DNA from: Sedimentisphaerales bacterium
GTDB taxonomy: Bacteria; Planctomycetota; Phycisphaerae; Sedimentisphaerales; SM23-30
Direction: 5' to 3'
NCBI GenBank assembly: GCA_963663965.2
Contig: CAXXFK010000002.1
Location: 17,789 to 81,788 of the forward strand
Length of the DNA: 64,000 bases
A program made the translations under genes and the position numbers. Of the stretch, positions 53,131 through 63,442 are shown piece by piece; position 1 is the first letter of the stretch, and each line of letters starts with the position of its first letter. The notes beneath the pieces are model-generated. The model worked only from the letters and a program-made list of their open reading frames with translations, did no database searches and was not told where the DNA came from.

Positions 53131-54606
53131 GTGATGATGGAATCGACCATAAAATGTCCGAATTGTTCGTATCAGATTGAGATTACCGAGGTGATGTCGG
53201 CGCAGTTGGCGGAGAAGATGCGGGCTGAGATGGCGGAGGAGATGGTGCCGCTGCGGAAGAAGCTGGAGCAGGAACGGGCGGAACTGGCGCAGCGGGAGGC
53301 CAGGCTGGCGGATACAGAAAAGGTGGTGAGCGAGCAGGTGGAGGCGCGGCTGGAGGAGCAGGCGAAAAAGCTGATGGCCCGGGCTAAACAGCAGGCTATC
53401 GATGAGATGGCGGTGGAACTGCGGGACCGGGATGAGCAGGTGAAGGAGATGCGGCTGAAGCTGACGGCGGCCGAGGACAAGGAGTTGGAGCTGCGGAGGC
53501 GGGAACGGAGCTTGGCCAGTGAGAAGGAGGATTTGAAAAAGCAGCAGGGGGAGATGGAAGAGGCGGGGCGGCGGGCGGCCCAGGCGGAACGGGAGAAGAT
53601 CGCCCAAGAGGTCCGGTTAATGGCGGAGGACCAGTTGGCTGGCGAAATGGCCGCTCAGCGGGAGTTGATCGCCAAACAGGATGACCAGCTTAAGGCAGCG
53701 CGCGAGGCCGAGAAGGTGTTTCTGCAGCGGGAAATGCGGTTGAAGGAGAAAGAAGAGGCTCTGGAGTTGGAGTCGCAGCGGCAGATCAGCGCAATGCGGG
53801 ACAAACTGGTTGAGGATACCCTCAAAAGGGCGCAGGAGGGCTTTGATCTGAAAGAGGCGGAGCATAACAAGCGGATGTCCGATTTGAAGGCCCAGCTGGA
53901 CGATGCCCGCCGCAAGGCCGATCAGGGCTCTCAGCAGATGCAGGGCGAGGTGATGGAACTGGCCTTGCAGCAGCTGCTGACGGAGAGCTTTCCGGCTGAT
54001 TCGATCGAAGAGGTGCCCAAGGGCGTCCGGGGTGGCGATGTGGTCCAGCGGGTGCGGACCGGGGCCGGGCTGGATTGCGGTACGATCTTGTGGGAGTCCA
54101 AACGGACGAAAAACTGGTCCGGCCAGTGGCCGGCCAAACTGCGCGAAGACCAGCGCAACGCCAAGGCCGAACTGGCTATTCTGGTCAGCGAGGTTCTGCC
54201 CGACGGGGTGGAATATTATCAGCAGCAGGAAGGAATCTGGGTGTGCAGCTGGTCCATGGCCGTTTACCTGGCGGCCGCGCTGCGCAACGGGCTGCTCGAA
54301 ACCGCCAAGGCCCGCCAGGCTCTGGAAGGCCAGCAGACCAAAATGGAACAGGTGTACAGCTACCTGGCCGGGACCGAGTTTAAGAACCGGGTGGCCGGGT
54401 TTATCGAGCCGATTGTCGGCATGAAGACCCAGCTCGACCAGGAAAAACGCGCCCTGACCAAACACTGGGCCAGCCGCGAAAAAATGCTCGACCAGGCCAT
54501 CACCGGTATCGCCGGCATGTACGGCGATTTCCAAGGGATTATCGGCGGCACCCTGCCGCAGATCGAGGCGATGGAGCTGTTACGGCTGGAAGGGGATGTG
54601 AAGTAA
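53131..54606 (+). CDS. DUF2130-family coiled-coil/nuclease-fold protein
   Basis: N-terminal CPNC, long coiled coil, GSQQMQGEVMEL, FPADSIEEVPKG..GGD, ILWESKRTKNWS. Confidence 0.85.
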   Translation: MMMESTIKCPNCSYQIEITEVMSAQLAEKMRAEMAEEMVPLRKKLEQERAELAQREARLADTEKVVSEQVEARLEEQAKKLMARAKQQAIDEMAVELRDRDEQVKEMRLKLTAAEDKELELRRRERSLASEKEDLKKQQGEMEEAGRRAAQAEREKIAQEVRLMAEDQLAGEMAAQRELIAKQDDQLKAAREAEKVFLQREMRLKEKEEALELESQRQISAMRDKLVEDTLKRAQEGFDLKEAEHNKRMSDLKAQLDDARRKADQGSQQMQGEVMELALQQLLTESFPADSIEEVPKGVRGGDVVQRVRTGAGLDCGTILWESKRTKNWSGQWPAKLREDQRNAKAELAILVSEVLPDGVEYYQQQEGIWVCSWSMAVYLAAALRNGLLETAKARQALEGQQTKMEQVYSYLAGTEFKNRVAGFIEPIVGMKTQLDQEKRALTKHWASREKMLDQAITGIAGMYGDFQGIIGGTLPQIEAMELLRLEGDVK

Positions 54607-54630
54607 ACTAAATTCAGGAGTAGCCCGGTT

Positions 54631-55101
54631 ATGAGCAGACCACAATGGCATGAAGATAATCTAGGTCAGCATTATGCCAAGAGAAGTGATGTTAACAGAG
54701 ATTGCTGGCTGGTCCAGAGTAGTTGTTCGCATAATCCGTTTACCAGGGATGAGTATCGAGCCCGCAGCGAAAAGGTATTGGATACTGCCTTTTTGATCTA
54801 TAAGGCGGAACAGTATGATGGCAAAAGACAATCCTATCGGGAAATATGTATTTACCATTATGACGATCAGTTGGTGTTGACCATTTGCGACATAATGGGG
54901 CGGAGAATCATTACCTGTTATCATCACCACCGGGTGGCGCGATTCTGCCACGATATTCTTGCGATGCCTGTGGGCGAAAGACGAATGCATTTTATAGACT
55001 GGTTATATAATTCTGAAGATGGAAAAATCATAAGGAATCTGGAGATTATCAAAGGTGAAAAAGTTATCAGAAAATATCAAAAGAAGACTCGAAAGTCTTA
55101 A
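54631..55101 (+). CDS. Hypothetical protein (may be the 5' part of a gene continuing in 55055..56176)
   Basis: RBS AGGAG; overlaps the next ORF across an A5 run. Confidence 0.55.
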   Translation: MSRPQWHEDNLGQHYAKRSDVNRDCWLVQSSCSHNPFTRDEYRARSEKVLDTAFLIYKAEQYDGKRQSYREICIYHYDDQLVLTICDIMGRRIITCYHHHRVARFCHDILAMPVGERRMHFIDWLYNSEDGKIIRNLEIIKGEKVIRKYQKKTRKS

Positions 55102-56176
55102 AATAGTCTTGGGGATATTGAAATCGCTGGATGATACTTATCCTCCTGACGCAATTATCGATGCCGATGAATTGCTAGGGCCAGACAGCCCGGTCCGCTT
55201 TTGGGTATTAGTAAAGCATCTTCTGGAAGATTATTATCTGCTAAAAGGATATCTTGATCGCTTGTGCCGACTATATGGCCAAAACTGCGAAGTTTGGCCG
55301 GGTGGACAGATCGGCATGACTCTGAAACGATGCGAAGAGTTTATTCGGGAGATATGTCAGGCGCCAGTAATCGACAGGATTATCGAAAGCTATCAGGAGC
55401 CTGTTGGCCGGGCGACCGGTAATAATCCAGATGAGGTATTCGATGTTCTTATTTATCGGCATATCCGCCGGGAAGTCCTAACTGGTTTAAATGGATTAAA
55501 GGGAGAGACTTGGAAGGCAGATGTTACTTCTGACGACGGAACTCTTGGCGATTGGATACCAAGGGAATGGAACGATAAGCAACAAACGGATTTAACCTAT
55601 TTTGTCGGAAATTACTGTCGTACCTATTGTCTTTATCCTTGGCAGTATAACGATGAATCGAATGACAATGTACTGATCAATTATTTGAAAAAGAATGGGA
55701 GAACCTTTATGAAAGATCGATTAAACTGGGATTCATTGATGCCTGGGGCTTATGAATTGCTGCATGGCATAGATGTTTTTCTTTATGAAGAGGGTTATGA
55801 TGAGTTATTTACAATATTGACAGATCCGGATTACCGGGGGGGGCATTCAAGTTTGACCGGGCGGGTAGGAGAAGCCATTAATATCATTCCCGGACAGGCG
55901 GGTGATAAATGCTGTCCGACCTTGCTGGCCCTTTCAAAAGGTGGTAAAAAGGGCAAATATGGATTTGATACTATCATGAAACAGGTCAAATTGCATTTGA
56001 TTAAATGCTCCGGTATAACAAATCAGGTTATATTTATTTGTAACTTCTGGGACAGCAAAACATTCAAGAGTGAGCATATCGATGAGATTCGTGCTTATGA
56101 AAAATACAAAGAGATTAAATTCCTGTTTTTAATGGTTGGTTCGGATGGTAGGAGCATAAGCCAGGTCAATATATAA
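55055..56176 (+). CDS. Hypothetical protein
   Basis: 373 aa open frame; no clear RBS of its own. Confidence 0.6.
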   Translation: MKKLSENIKRRLESLKIVLGILKSLDDTYPPDAIIDADELLGPDSPVRFWVLVKHLLEDYYLLKGYLDRLCRLYGQNCEVWPGGQIGMTLKRCEEFIREICQAPVIDRIIESYQEPVGRATGNNPDEVFDVLIYRHIRREVLTGLNGLKGETWKADVTSDDGTLGDWIPREWNDKQQTDLTYFVGNYCRTYCLYPWQYNDESNDNVLINYLKKNGRTFMKDRLNWDSLMPGAYELLHGIDVFLYEEGYDELFTILTDPDYRGGHSSLTGRVGEAINIIPGQAGDKCCPTLLALSKGGKKGKYGFDTIMKQVKLHLIKCSGITNQVIFICNFWDSKTFKSEHIDEIRAYEKYKEIKFLFLMVGSDGRSISQVNI

Positions 56177-56204
56177 TGCAATTGTATTTTCTGTCAGGTG
56201 AGCT

Positions 56205-57909
56205 ATGTTAACAAAAATCGAGATCGAAAACTTCAAAGGGATTGGCGACCGGATATCGGTGCCGATCAAGCCGATAACGCTGCTGTTTGGCGCCAATAGT
56301 GCCGGCAAGAGTACCATAATGCAGGCGTTGCATTATGTGGGCGAGATACTCGAACGGCAGAATGTGGATGCCGGCAGAACCGCCCGGGGAGGCAGCGGTA
56401 TTGATTTGGGTGGGTTTGCCGAACTGGTTCATAAAAAAGATATCGGTCGAGCTATTGCCATTCGGCTGGAATTTGAGTTAGATGGTGAATCCCTTAAGGA
56501 CTATTTGGCCGACGATAAGTATGTCAATGCGTTTGAAATTCGTTTTGAGGAAGACAGCGCCGCGTTGGGCGATACTGATTATCAGTTTAATCGGGTACAA
56601 TCGTTTTGGGTAGAATTGGAGATCGGCTATAGCTATTTTGTTAAACAACCTAATGTGACAAGATATTCAATCGGTGTAAATGGAAAACGGTTGGCAACAT
56701 TACACTACAAGCCAGGAAGTATTTATGCATATATTGAAAGCATCGACGAAGATCATGAAGTGTTCAGGGTAGATAGTGTACCATTTGATAATCCGGGAGG
56801 CGGAATCTCTGTGAATATCGCCACCAGCGCTTATGCCCGTTGTGGATCGCAAGCACCTTCGTCAAAATTATCCAATGCTCCATTGCAGTTTAAAACCAAT
56901 GCGATTTATGGCGCATTACCGCGATTGAATGAAATTCTTGAGTTTCCTGATTTAGTGCCGGATCCCTCCATGTATGAATCTGGAAACGGTCATTCCTCGC
57001 ATGACGAAAAAGGACCAGGAGGAATATGAGGAACAGGATGCCTATGTAGCCGGGAAGGTGTTGATGCGGTTGCTGACTCAATATCTGGTTGCGCCGGCGG
57101 AATATGCCCGGGATTTCTTAAAGGGAATACGATATGTTGGGCCCTTACGGGCGGTTCCGCCAGCCAATTACCATAAGCCGAGGATTGTTGATGAGTCGCG
57201 CTGGGCCGATGGCATGGCGGCATGGGATTGGCTGGGTACGGCCGGAAATGAGTCGTTTTCGGCTGAGGTGAGCGAGTGGTTGAGCCGAGAGGATCGCCTT
57301 AATACTGGTTATGAGTTGACCGTCACTTCAGTCAGGGAAATTGACCAGAAAACCCAGGACTGGATGATGCGCACAGAATGGGATGAAGACGATGATTCAA
57401 AATCTGACAATTCGCTGGTGGTGGATTTGGACCGAATTCCAGCCAAGCAAAAGATTCAACTTTACGATGTAGCCAGGGATACCTATGTTTGCCCCAATGC
57501 AGTGGGTATTGGGATATCGCAGGTAATTCCGGTGATTGGAGCCATTGTGGCCGATGGCGCCTCCCTGGTTCAGGTTGAACAGCCAGAGTTGCATTTGCAC
57601 CCAACCCAGCAAGCCGCTTTGGGCGATTTGTTGATCGCGGGTATCAGGCAATACAAGAAGTTGCTGTTTATTGAGACGCACAGCGAACATATGATCCTAA
57701 GGCTTCTCCGCCGAATTCGGGAAACCTCCAAGGAAATGGTTCCAGACGCCTTGTTAAGTCTGACACCTGAGGATGTGGCGGTTTTGTATCTTCGATCTAA
57801 AGACGGACAAACGGGAGTCAGGATTATTGATGTTGATAAAAATGGCGATTTTGTCCAGCCGTGGCCGGATGACTTTTTTGATCAGGATTTTCATGAGAGG
57901 TTTGCCTGA
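56205..57909 (+). CDS. ABC-type (AAA_15/AAA_21, DUF3696-like) ATPase, split by a 1-nt frameshift
   Basis: IENFKG and GANSAGKST in the first frame; GIGISQ, EQPELHLHP, ETHSEH, WPDDFFD in the second. Deleting one A from 57007-57011 fuses them. Confidence 0.85.
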
Positions 57910-58841
57910 TGTATACTGAAATAGCGTTTACGCCGCAGATATTCGATGAGGAATGCAATCCAGACCATGAAAGATGGCGCGAAGGCCTTCGTGAGTTTGG
58001 CAGAGAAATCGCGCCACGAAATGCTGCGGAGCCGATTATAATCTCCGATTTATATGGCGGCAGCTCCCTGCAGGTGGCTGCTGAAACTATTCGGGCCATC
58101 AGGGATCATAAGGCTAAAGATTTGGCCCAACGCTGTATTTCAGTAATGCGGCAACGTCTGTCAGTGGTTAGGCCAGTTGTAGGCGAATGGCCCCAGTCTG
58201 AACCAGACTGGTTGGACGAATGTAAACTGTCGCACGCTCAGTTAGCATTGGGAAAGGTCCTGATCAGCGATTCACATTCACAAGATAACCTTCACTCAAT
58301 GCCATCCTGGTCCATTTACGATCCGGCGGATGACCAGAGTGGATTCTGGAATGGTATTCAAATCCAGAGTCAAGTGAATATGAACCTTGATGACCAGGTG
58401 AACCTTTTGAGGCCGATCTGTGTTCATGCGGATTACATTGCCATAAAATCGCCGCAGATAAGAGGTGGCAGCGACGATGAAACGGTTTTTGCGGCCAGAA
58501 TTATTCAATCTGCCCTTAACAGGCCGTTCGGCTATCCAGATATCAAAATGATCGAATTCCATCTGGATGGCAAACACAATCCCAATCATGATAATTCTAT
58601 TAACAATATTATCCAAGTTGTACGGCAAAATGTTGGGAGGGAAAGGAATGGATTGGAAATCCAATTCTACTTTTGGCCGCATTATACTGACCGTGAATTA
58701 GTGGCTGGAATTTTCAAGCAAGGTATAAAAAGTCTTCGTTGGGGTATCAGCATGAATCATATTGCCAGGCCAAGAGATGCTACGGGGATCTACGACTTGG
58801 AATATAATTGCCCAAAAGAAATTGACAGATGTGGAAGTTGA
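57909..58841 (+). CDS. Hypothetical partner of the ABC ATPase
   Basis: TGATG coupling to the ATPase; 310 aa. Confidence 0.65.
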   Translation: MYTEIAFTPQIFDEECNPDHERWREGLREFGREIAPRNAAEPIIISDLYGGSSLQVAAETIRAIRDHKAKDLAQRCISVMRQRLSVVRPVVGEWPQSEPDWLDECKLSHAQLALGKVLISDSHSQDNLHSMPSWSIYDPADDQSGFWNGIQIQSQVNMNLDDQVNLLRPICVHADYIAIKSPQIRGGSDDETVFAARIIQSALNRPFGYPDIKMIEFHLDGKHNPNHDNSINNIIQVVRQNVGRERNGLEIQFYFWPHYTDRELVAGIFKQGIKSLRWGISMNHIARPRDATGIYDLEYNCPKEIDRCGS

Positions 58842-59443
58842 TACAAGCAATAGTAAAAATTATAGATCACAAGACTATACTTATAAAGCGGGATGATAAC
58901 TGGCATTATATATGAATTCACCCATGAAAAGAGTTGCAATTGTGATATTCAGATGTGTTAGTAAGATAGCGAAAAAACTCTGTTCTATTTTATTCGCCTA
59001 AAATTTTAGAGCAGTCTTCTGGAAAATCAAGAAGCCCTGCTAACTTGATTTGTCACCGCTTTCAGAAGTAATCTCACGAGAGGGGGGTAAGCTGGGGGAG
59101 TGGTTTTCATTGGACAAGGGGGCAGGGGCATCATAATCGGGTAGGGTTAGATGAGATAAACCAGGGCGGCAGGTAGAGAGAGCGGGCCGGGCGGTGATAG
59201 TGTCGGATATTTTCTGTCTTGAAATAATACAGTAACGCCATCTGGATGGTTTTACTGGGCAGGGGTAGCACTTTCTCATAGAGTTCAGTTATTCAGGTAA
59301 ATGGATATGGTTGGCATCATTTACTGAAGTTATCTGACTATATAAGTATGTCTGTGATACAATATATATTCTGCAGCACCGAAAAGTATATAAATATGTC
59401 TGCCTTAGATATAGTATACGGAAAAAAGGAGGTTCAAGACAGA

Positions 59444-59782
59444 ATGAAAACAAGATATACGATCAAAGGGGAGCTGGTCCAGGAGATCTGGGAGAGCTTT
59501 AACGGATGTTTACTGGTTCATGGTGCGGGAGTTATTCCGTCAGGACAGTCTGATTGACGGGCGGGTGTATCCCAATGACCAGATTATGTGGGGGCTATGT
59601 GCGGTTGTCCGGTCAGCCGGAAAACGCCGAGTTTTGGCACGATCTCGCGGGCTGAGCTGGAACGGTTGAAGCCCTGGGTCTGGCGTGTGCCAGAGCGGAA
59701 ACTGGTGCGGGTGTCCAGAGATCGAGGAAAAGGGCCAGCCTGCTGGCCCATCCTCGGCCCAGCCGGGCCGGGTGGGGTCTGA
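59444..59782 (+). CDS. Small hypothetical protein (DUF2958-like), with several frameshifts
   Basis: Strong RBS AAGGAGGT. Removing single extra bases in homopolymers gives ...WESFNGCYWFMV...MWGYVRL...AEFGTISRAELERL. Confidence 0.45.
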
Positions 59783-59815
59783 TTTTGAACGAGTGAAAGG
59801 AGGTAACAGAGTAAA

Positions 59816-60296
59816 ATGGCATGGAGACCAAACGATTGTTTAATTGCGGGTGAGCTGGATAATACGATTCCGGGCCGGGTAACTGGTTGGATTCGTTTTG
59901 CGGGTTTGGCCAAGGCGGTCCGGTTGAATTTGACTGGTGATTTTCACCGGGATATCCGGGGCGCCAAGCTGCGGTTCTGGGGAAAGGGCCGGCAGGTCAA
60001 TCCGGAACGGGCGCGGTAGTATGGCGGGTTTTGGATCCCACCAGGTGGGAAAGGCCGGCGATATGACCGCTGGAAACTGGCCGAGAGATTACGGTAATTG
60101 GCCGTATCTGGAGTGGTATAGCGAGGCCAACGGCCGGGTGGTGTTGGAACCGGGCCGGGATTGTGTCCGGGTGATCGGGACACCGTTGCCAGGTGTCGCA
60201 GACCGAGCCGATTTCGCGTACGGAGCAGGCCCAGAATCTGGCGGATTATATGGCGGAGCTTGCGGTTATGTGGTTAGGGAAAAACTGATCCGGTAA
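59816..60296 (+). CDS. Hypothetical protein, frameshifted
   Basis: MAWRP...GELDNT frame (to 60019) continues in another frame as GDMTAG...PYLEWYSEANGRVVLE; RBS AAGGAGGT. Confidence 0.55.
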
Positions 60297-60380
60297 CCTT
60301 AACCAGCAGGCACCAGGAGGGGGGCGGGCCCTTTCCTGGTGCTTACTATTCCAATCAATGTAAGGAGGTGAACAAATACC

Positions 60381-60662
60381 ATGGAAAGGAATCAAAAGGA
60401 TATCGTGGAAAATTATACCGAGCTCTTCGATCAGATCCGGGAACGGACCGAAAGCGATGAAGTGGCGATCGCGATTTTACAGGAAATCGGCAAAGATCAC
60501 CGGTCCAGTCAGGTCCGGGAAGAAAAGAGCCAGAAGGTCAGTGAGCCGGCGACTGAGAAGCAGAAGCGGTTTATGAAGCGGTTGGGGATCGAGTTTCCCA
60601 AGCTCATTACCAAGAAAGAGGCCTCGGTTCTGTTGGATGAGGAGCTCAAGGCTCTGGAGTAG
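60381..60662 (+). CDS. Small protein with a C-terminal PATEKQ...LG...T...AS.L.D module
   Basis: Perfect RBS TAAGGAGGTG; 93 aa. Confidence 0.75.
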   Translation: MERNQKDIVENYTELFDQIRERTESDEVAIAILQEIGKDHRSSQVREEKSQKVSEPATEKQKRFMKRLGIEFPKLITKKEASVLLDEELKALE

Positions 60663-60807
60663 ATCCGGACAGGTCCAGCCGGGCCGGCTGAAAAAAATGC
60701 TGGCCCCCGGGGCTGGTGTAGGGAGGGGCGGGCCCGCCCGCCACCGCTAGGGTGCGGATGGGGATAGCGAGTGCGCCCGACAGTTGGGGGAGGGGGCGGT
60801 CGGGCGT

Positions 60808-60937
60808 GACCCAAAGGCATAAAAGGCGCCTCGTTTGCTCGGCTAACCATTTAAGTCTTTGGGTCTATTAAACGGGGCCGGGAGGAAAGCGTAAAAGGCG
60901 CTTCACTGGCTCAGCTAACCTTTTAGGCTTTCCGGCC
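60808..60937. repeat. Two tandem hairpins with a shared core
   Basis: Core TAAAAGGCGC-N7-GCTC-N-GCTAACC-N-TTTA twice, each closed by a different outer stem. Confidence 0.7.
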
Positions 60938-62322
60938 TGAACAGTTTTCCGCACCATTGCCCCGGGACAATAGCGCAAAGGGAAACAGGTGCCGGAGGGG
61001 GTCCGGTCAGGCGAGGGACTGGGATCAAGCGGTTGATCCCATGATGCGGTTCGGATCGAACCGGTGGGAAGCCAGTGGTGCCGCTGGCAAGAGTGGGCCA
61101 AGGGGTACCAGTGCCTGGAACCCTGGCCTGGAGGGCTGCTCAATCAGTCCAGCCAGGCCTGAGGGCTGGGTAAGACTCATTGCTAAGTAACGGGTCAAAA
61201 TGATTCTGGCCAGACCACCGATTGGAGGTGGGTCTGGGAATCAATTTGACTGAGTAAACCCGTGCCGGGTTTATCGATAATCAGGCCGGGGCCCTTGGCG
61301 GTCGGCCTGATAGGAGTCGGGGTCCTTGGTGGGGCGATTGGAATCGTCCCCAGGGACTCCCGATATTTTAAAGAATCATGTCCGGTCGATATGAGAATCG
61401 GCCGGTTGAGGGAGAGATGAGTCGCAACTCCAGTGGATTCTCCGCCTGGAGCAGGGGCTCATCAGAGGGAGATAATTGGACCGGCCATACCGGGATGGTG
61501 GTCCATTATGGAGAGAGGACCGGGTGCCTGGTTCTCCCGGATGGGAGTTCCGAGGGTACCCGGTAAGGGATGTCAGAACCAACCGGTTCAGGACAACGGT
61601 TCAGACCATCTGATCTGTTACCGAGGGTCGGGGATCGGATGGTGCAAGGAGAAGAATCGAGGACGTATCGAAGGATCCATTGCTCTTGGATACTGGCCGG
61701 GCCAGATGAAAAGGGAGAGATAAAACGGGGTAAAAATTTGGACCTCTTCGAGGTCTTATTTTATCACCCGCGGCCTTCGGCCGCGGGAACGAAACTACGC
61801 AAGCGAGCTGCTCAAGATAAGAAAGAAGAAAAATTGGATTAAGGAGATCCTCTCCGCCAAAGGGGGGTCGGATGATGGGTTGGAGGGGTGGAAGGGGTGA
61901 TAAAGCCCCTGGAAACGGAACCGTAGCTTTTACTGTAAGTCCTTATCAAATCAGCAACTCGTTATGTTTCCGGGTCCAAGTTATTCACCGGCCCGGAAAC
62001 GTAGCTTTTTGGGTGTTTCCGGGGGCTATTTCAGCCGATTAGGCGCCTGGCTGATTGGCAATCGGGAGTCAATACCACGGTGCCGCACGGATCGAACCTT
62101 TTAAAAAATTGTCGGTATCGATGGATTGTTTAACCAACTTGTTTGACGCGCTGATTGGCCCCGTGGATCTACCCTTGCCAAGCAGAGGACTCGGGCTAAA
62201 AGCAAGTCTCTGGTTGAACCGGTGGATTAATCGTACAAACTGAGTCAGCAATAATAGACAGTGGTTAGACCAGACGGTAGTAGCTATCCGACAGCTTGTC
62301 AGGCTGAGAAGAAGGATCCGAC

Positions 62323-62638
62323 TTACAGGTCACTGAGGGGCGATAGCGGGAGTTTCTGGCGAGCCCGGGCCTGGTCGATCAGAGTGGAGGCCATCGGCCG
62401 GGTCAATCCTGCAGGAATGGTAACTCCCAGCCTTTTGAGATACTGAAGCTGTTTCTCGGTCGCCGGATTGGCAGAACGAACTGACGGTTTGGTTTGGGGG
62501 TTCCGGTTGGCTATGGCGCAGCTCCTGCTGAAGGGCCTGGAACATGACCAGGGCGATCTCATCCCGTTGGAACCGACGCTTGAGCAGGTCGTATTGGGCG
62601 GCGAACCGTTCCAGAATTGCGTAAATATCCATTGCCAT
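62323..62638 (-). CDS. Paralog of 60381..60662, frameshifted
   Basis: N-half MDIYAILERF...DEIALVMFQ and C-half PATEKQLQYLKRLGVTIPAGLTRPMASTLID lie in different frames. Confidence 0.6.
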
Positions 62639-62877
62639 TTTTATTGCTTCAGGACTCCCTCGCCGCTGAGGTTTCAGCTGGATGGGGCCCGATAGTGTGA
62701 AGGGTAGAAGGGGGTTGGACTATATAAAGATATCGGTGGTGGAAGTGTCAGGTTGCAGGATGGATATCCCAGGCGGGTCAGGGCCAAGTCACCAGTCAGC
62801 CTGACTTGACAGCCGGGATCAGACCGAAACATTTATAAACATGCGATTCTCTCTATTACTACCTTGAAGTTACGAAA

Positions 62878-63442
62878 ATGACCACCTATCTTCCTTATCC
62901 GGCACCGGCATCAATTCCCCTCACCAGCGTGGGCCCTCACTACCCGCTGGTATTGACGGCCGGTCCGGATCCCTATGAATCCTTATTGAAATTCCCGGAC
63001 CAGGGCTATTGGCAGCCCTTGCAATGGGATGCCACAGCTGTTACAGGAGGCCTTGGTTGGTACTCCTTCCAACTCTTTTCTGGCCAGTCAGATGGTGTTT
63101 GGCAATGAGTTAAAGCAGCGGCAGTGTAATCTTAGGCATCAGGCCAACCTGTTCTACGAACGACTCGATTTACACCAGCAGCATCTGCGGGAGATCGACC
63201 GGCGTCATCTGCAGGTCCAGGAGCGGCTCTTTGGAGTGGAGATCAACCACTTCCCTGACCGGGATAAACAGCTGCGTACCCTGGAAGGCCAGCTTATGCA
63301 ACTTGAACAGCAACGGCGGGAGTCAGAACTGACCTTCTGGCATGATACCGTGGAACTGCGGGGAACAACTCTTTGAGAACGCCGGGGAATACCGGCAAGC
63401 CCGTCAGCGGTATCGGATGCTGGGCAATCTGGAGGGGCCAAG
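62878..63442 (+). CDS. Coiled-coil hypothetical protein, frameshifted (ends approximate)
   Basis: Core frame 63029..63376 is strongly helical; the flanking frames appear to continue it. Confidence 0.45.

Noticed and set aside
53617..54534. 305-aa minus-strand ORF
   Set aside because: Antisense shadow of the GC-rich DUF2130 gene
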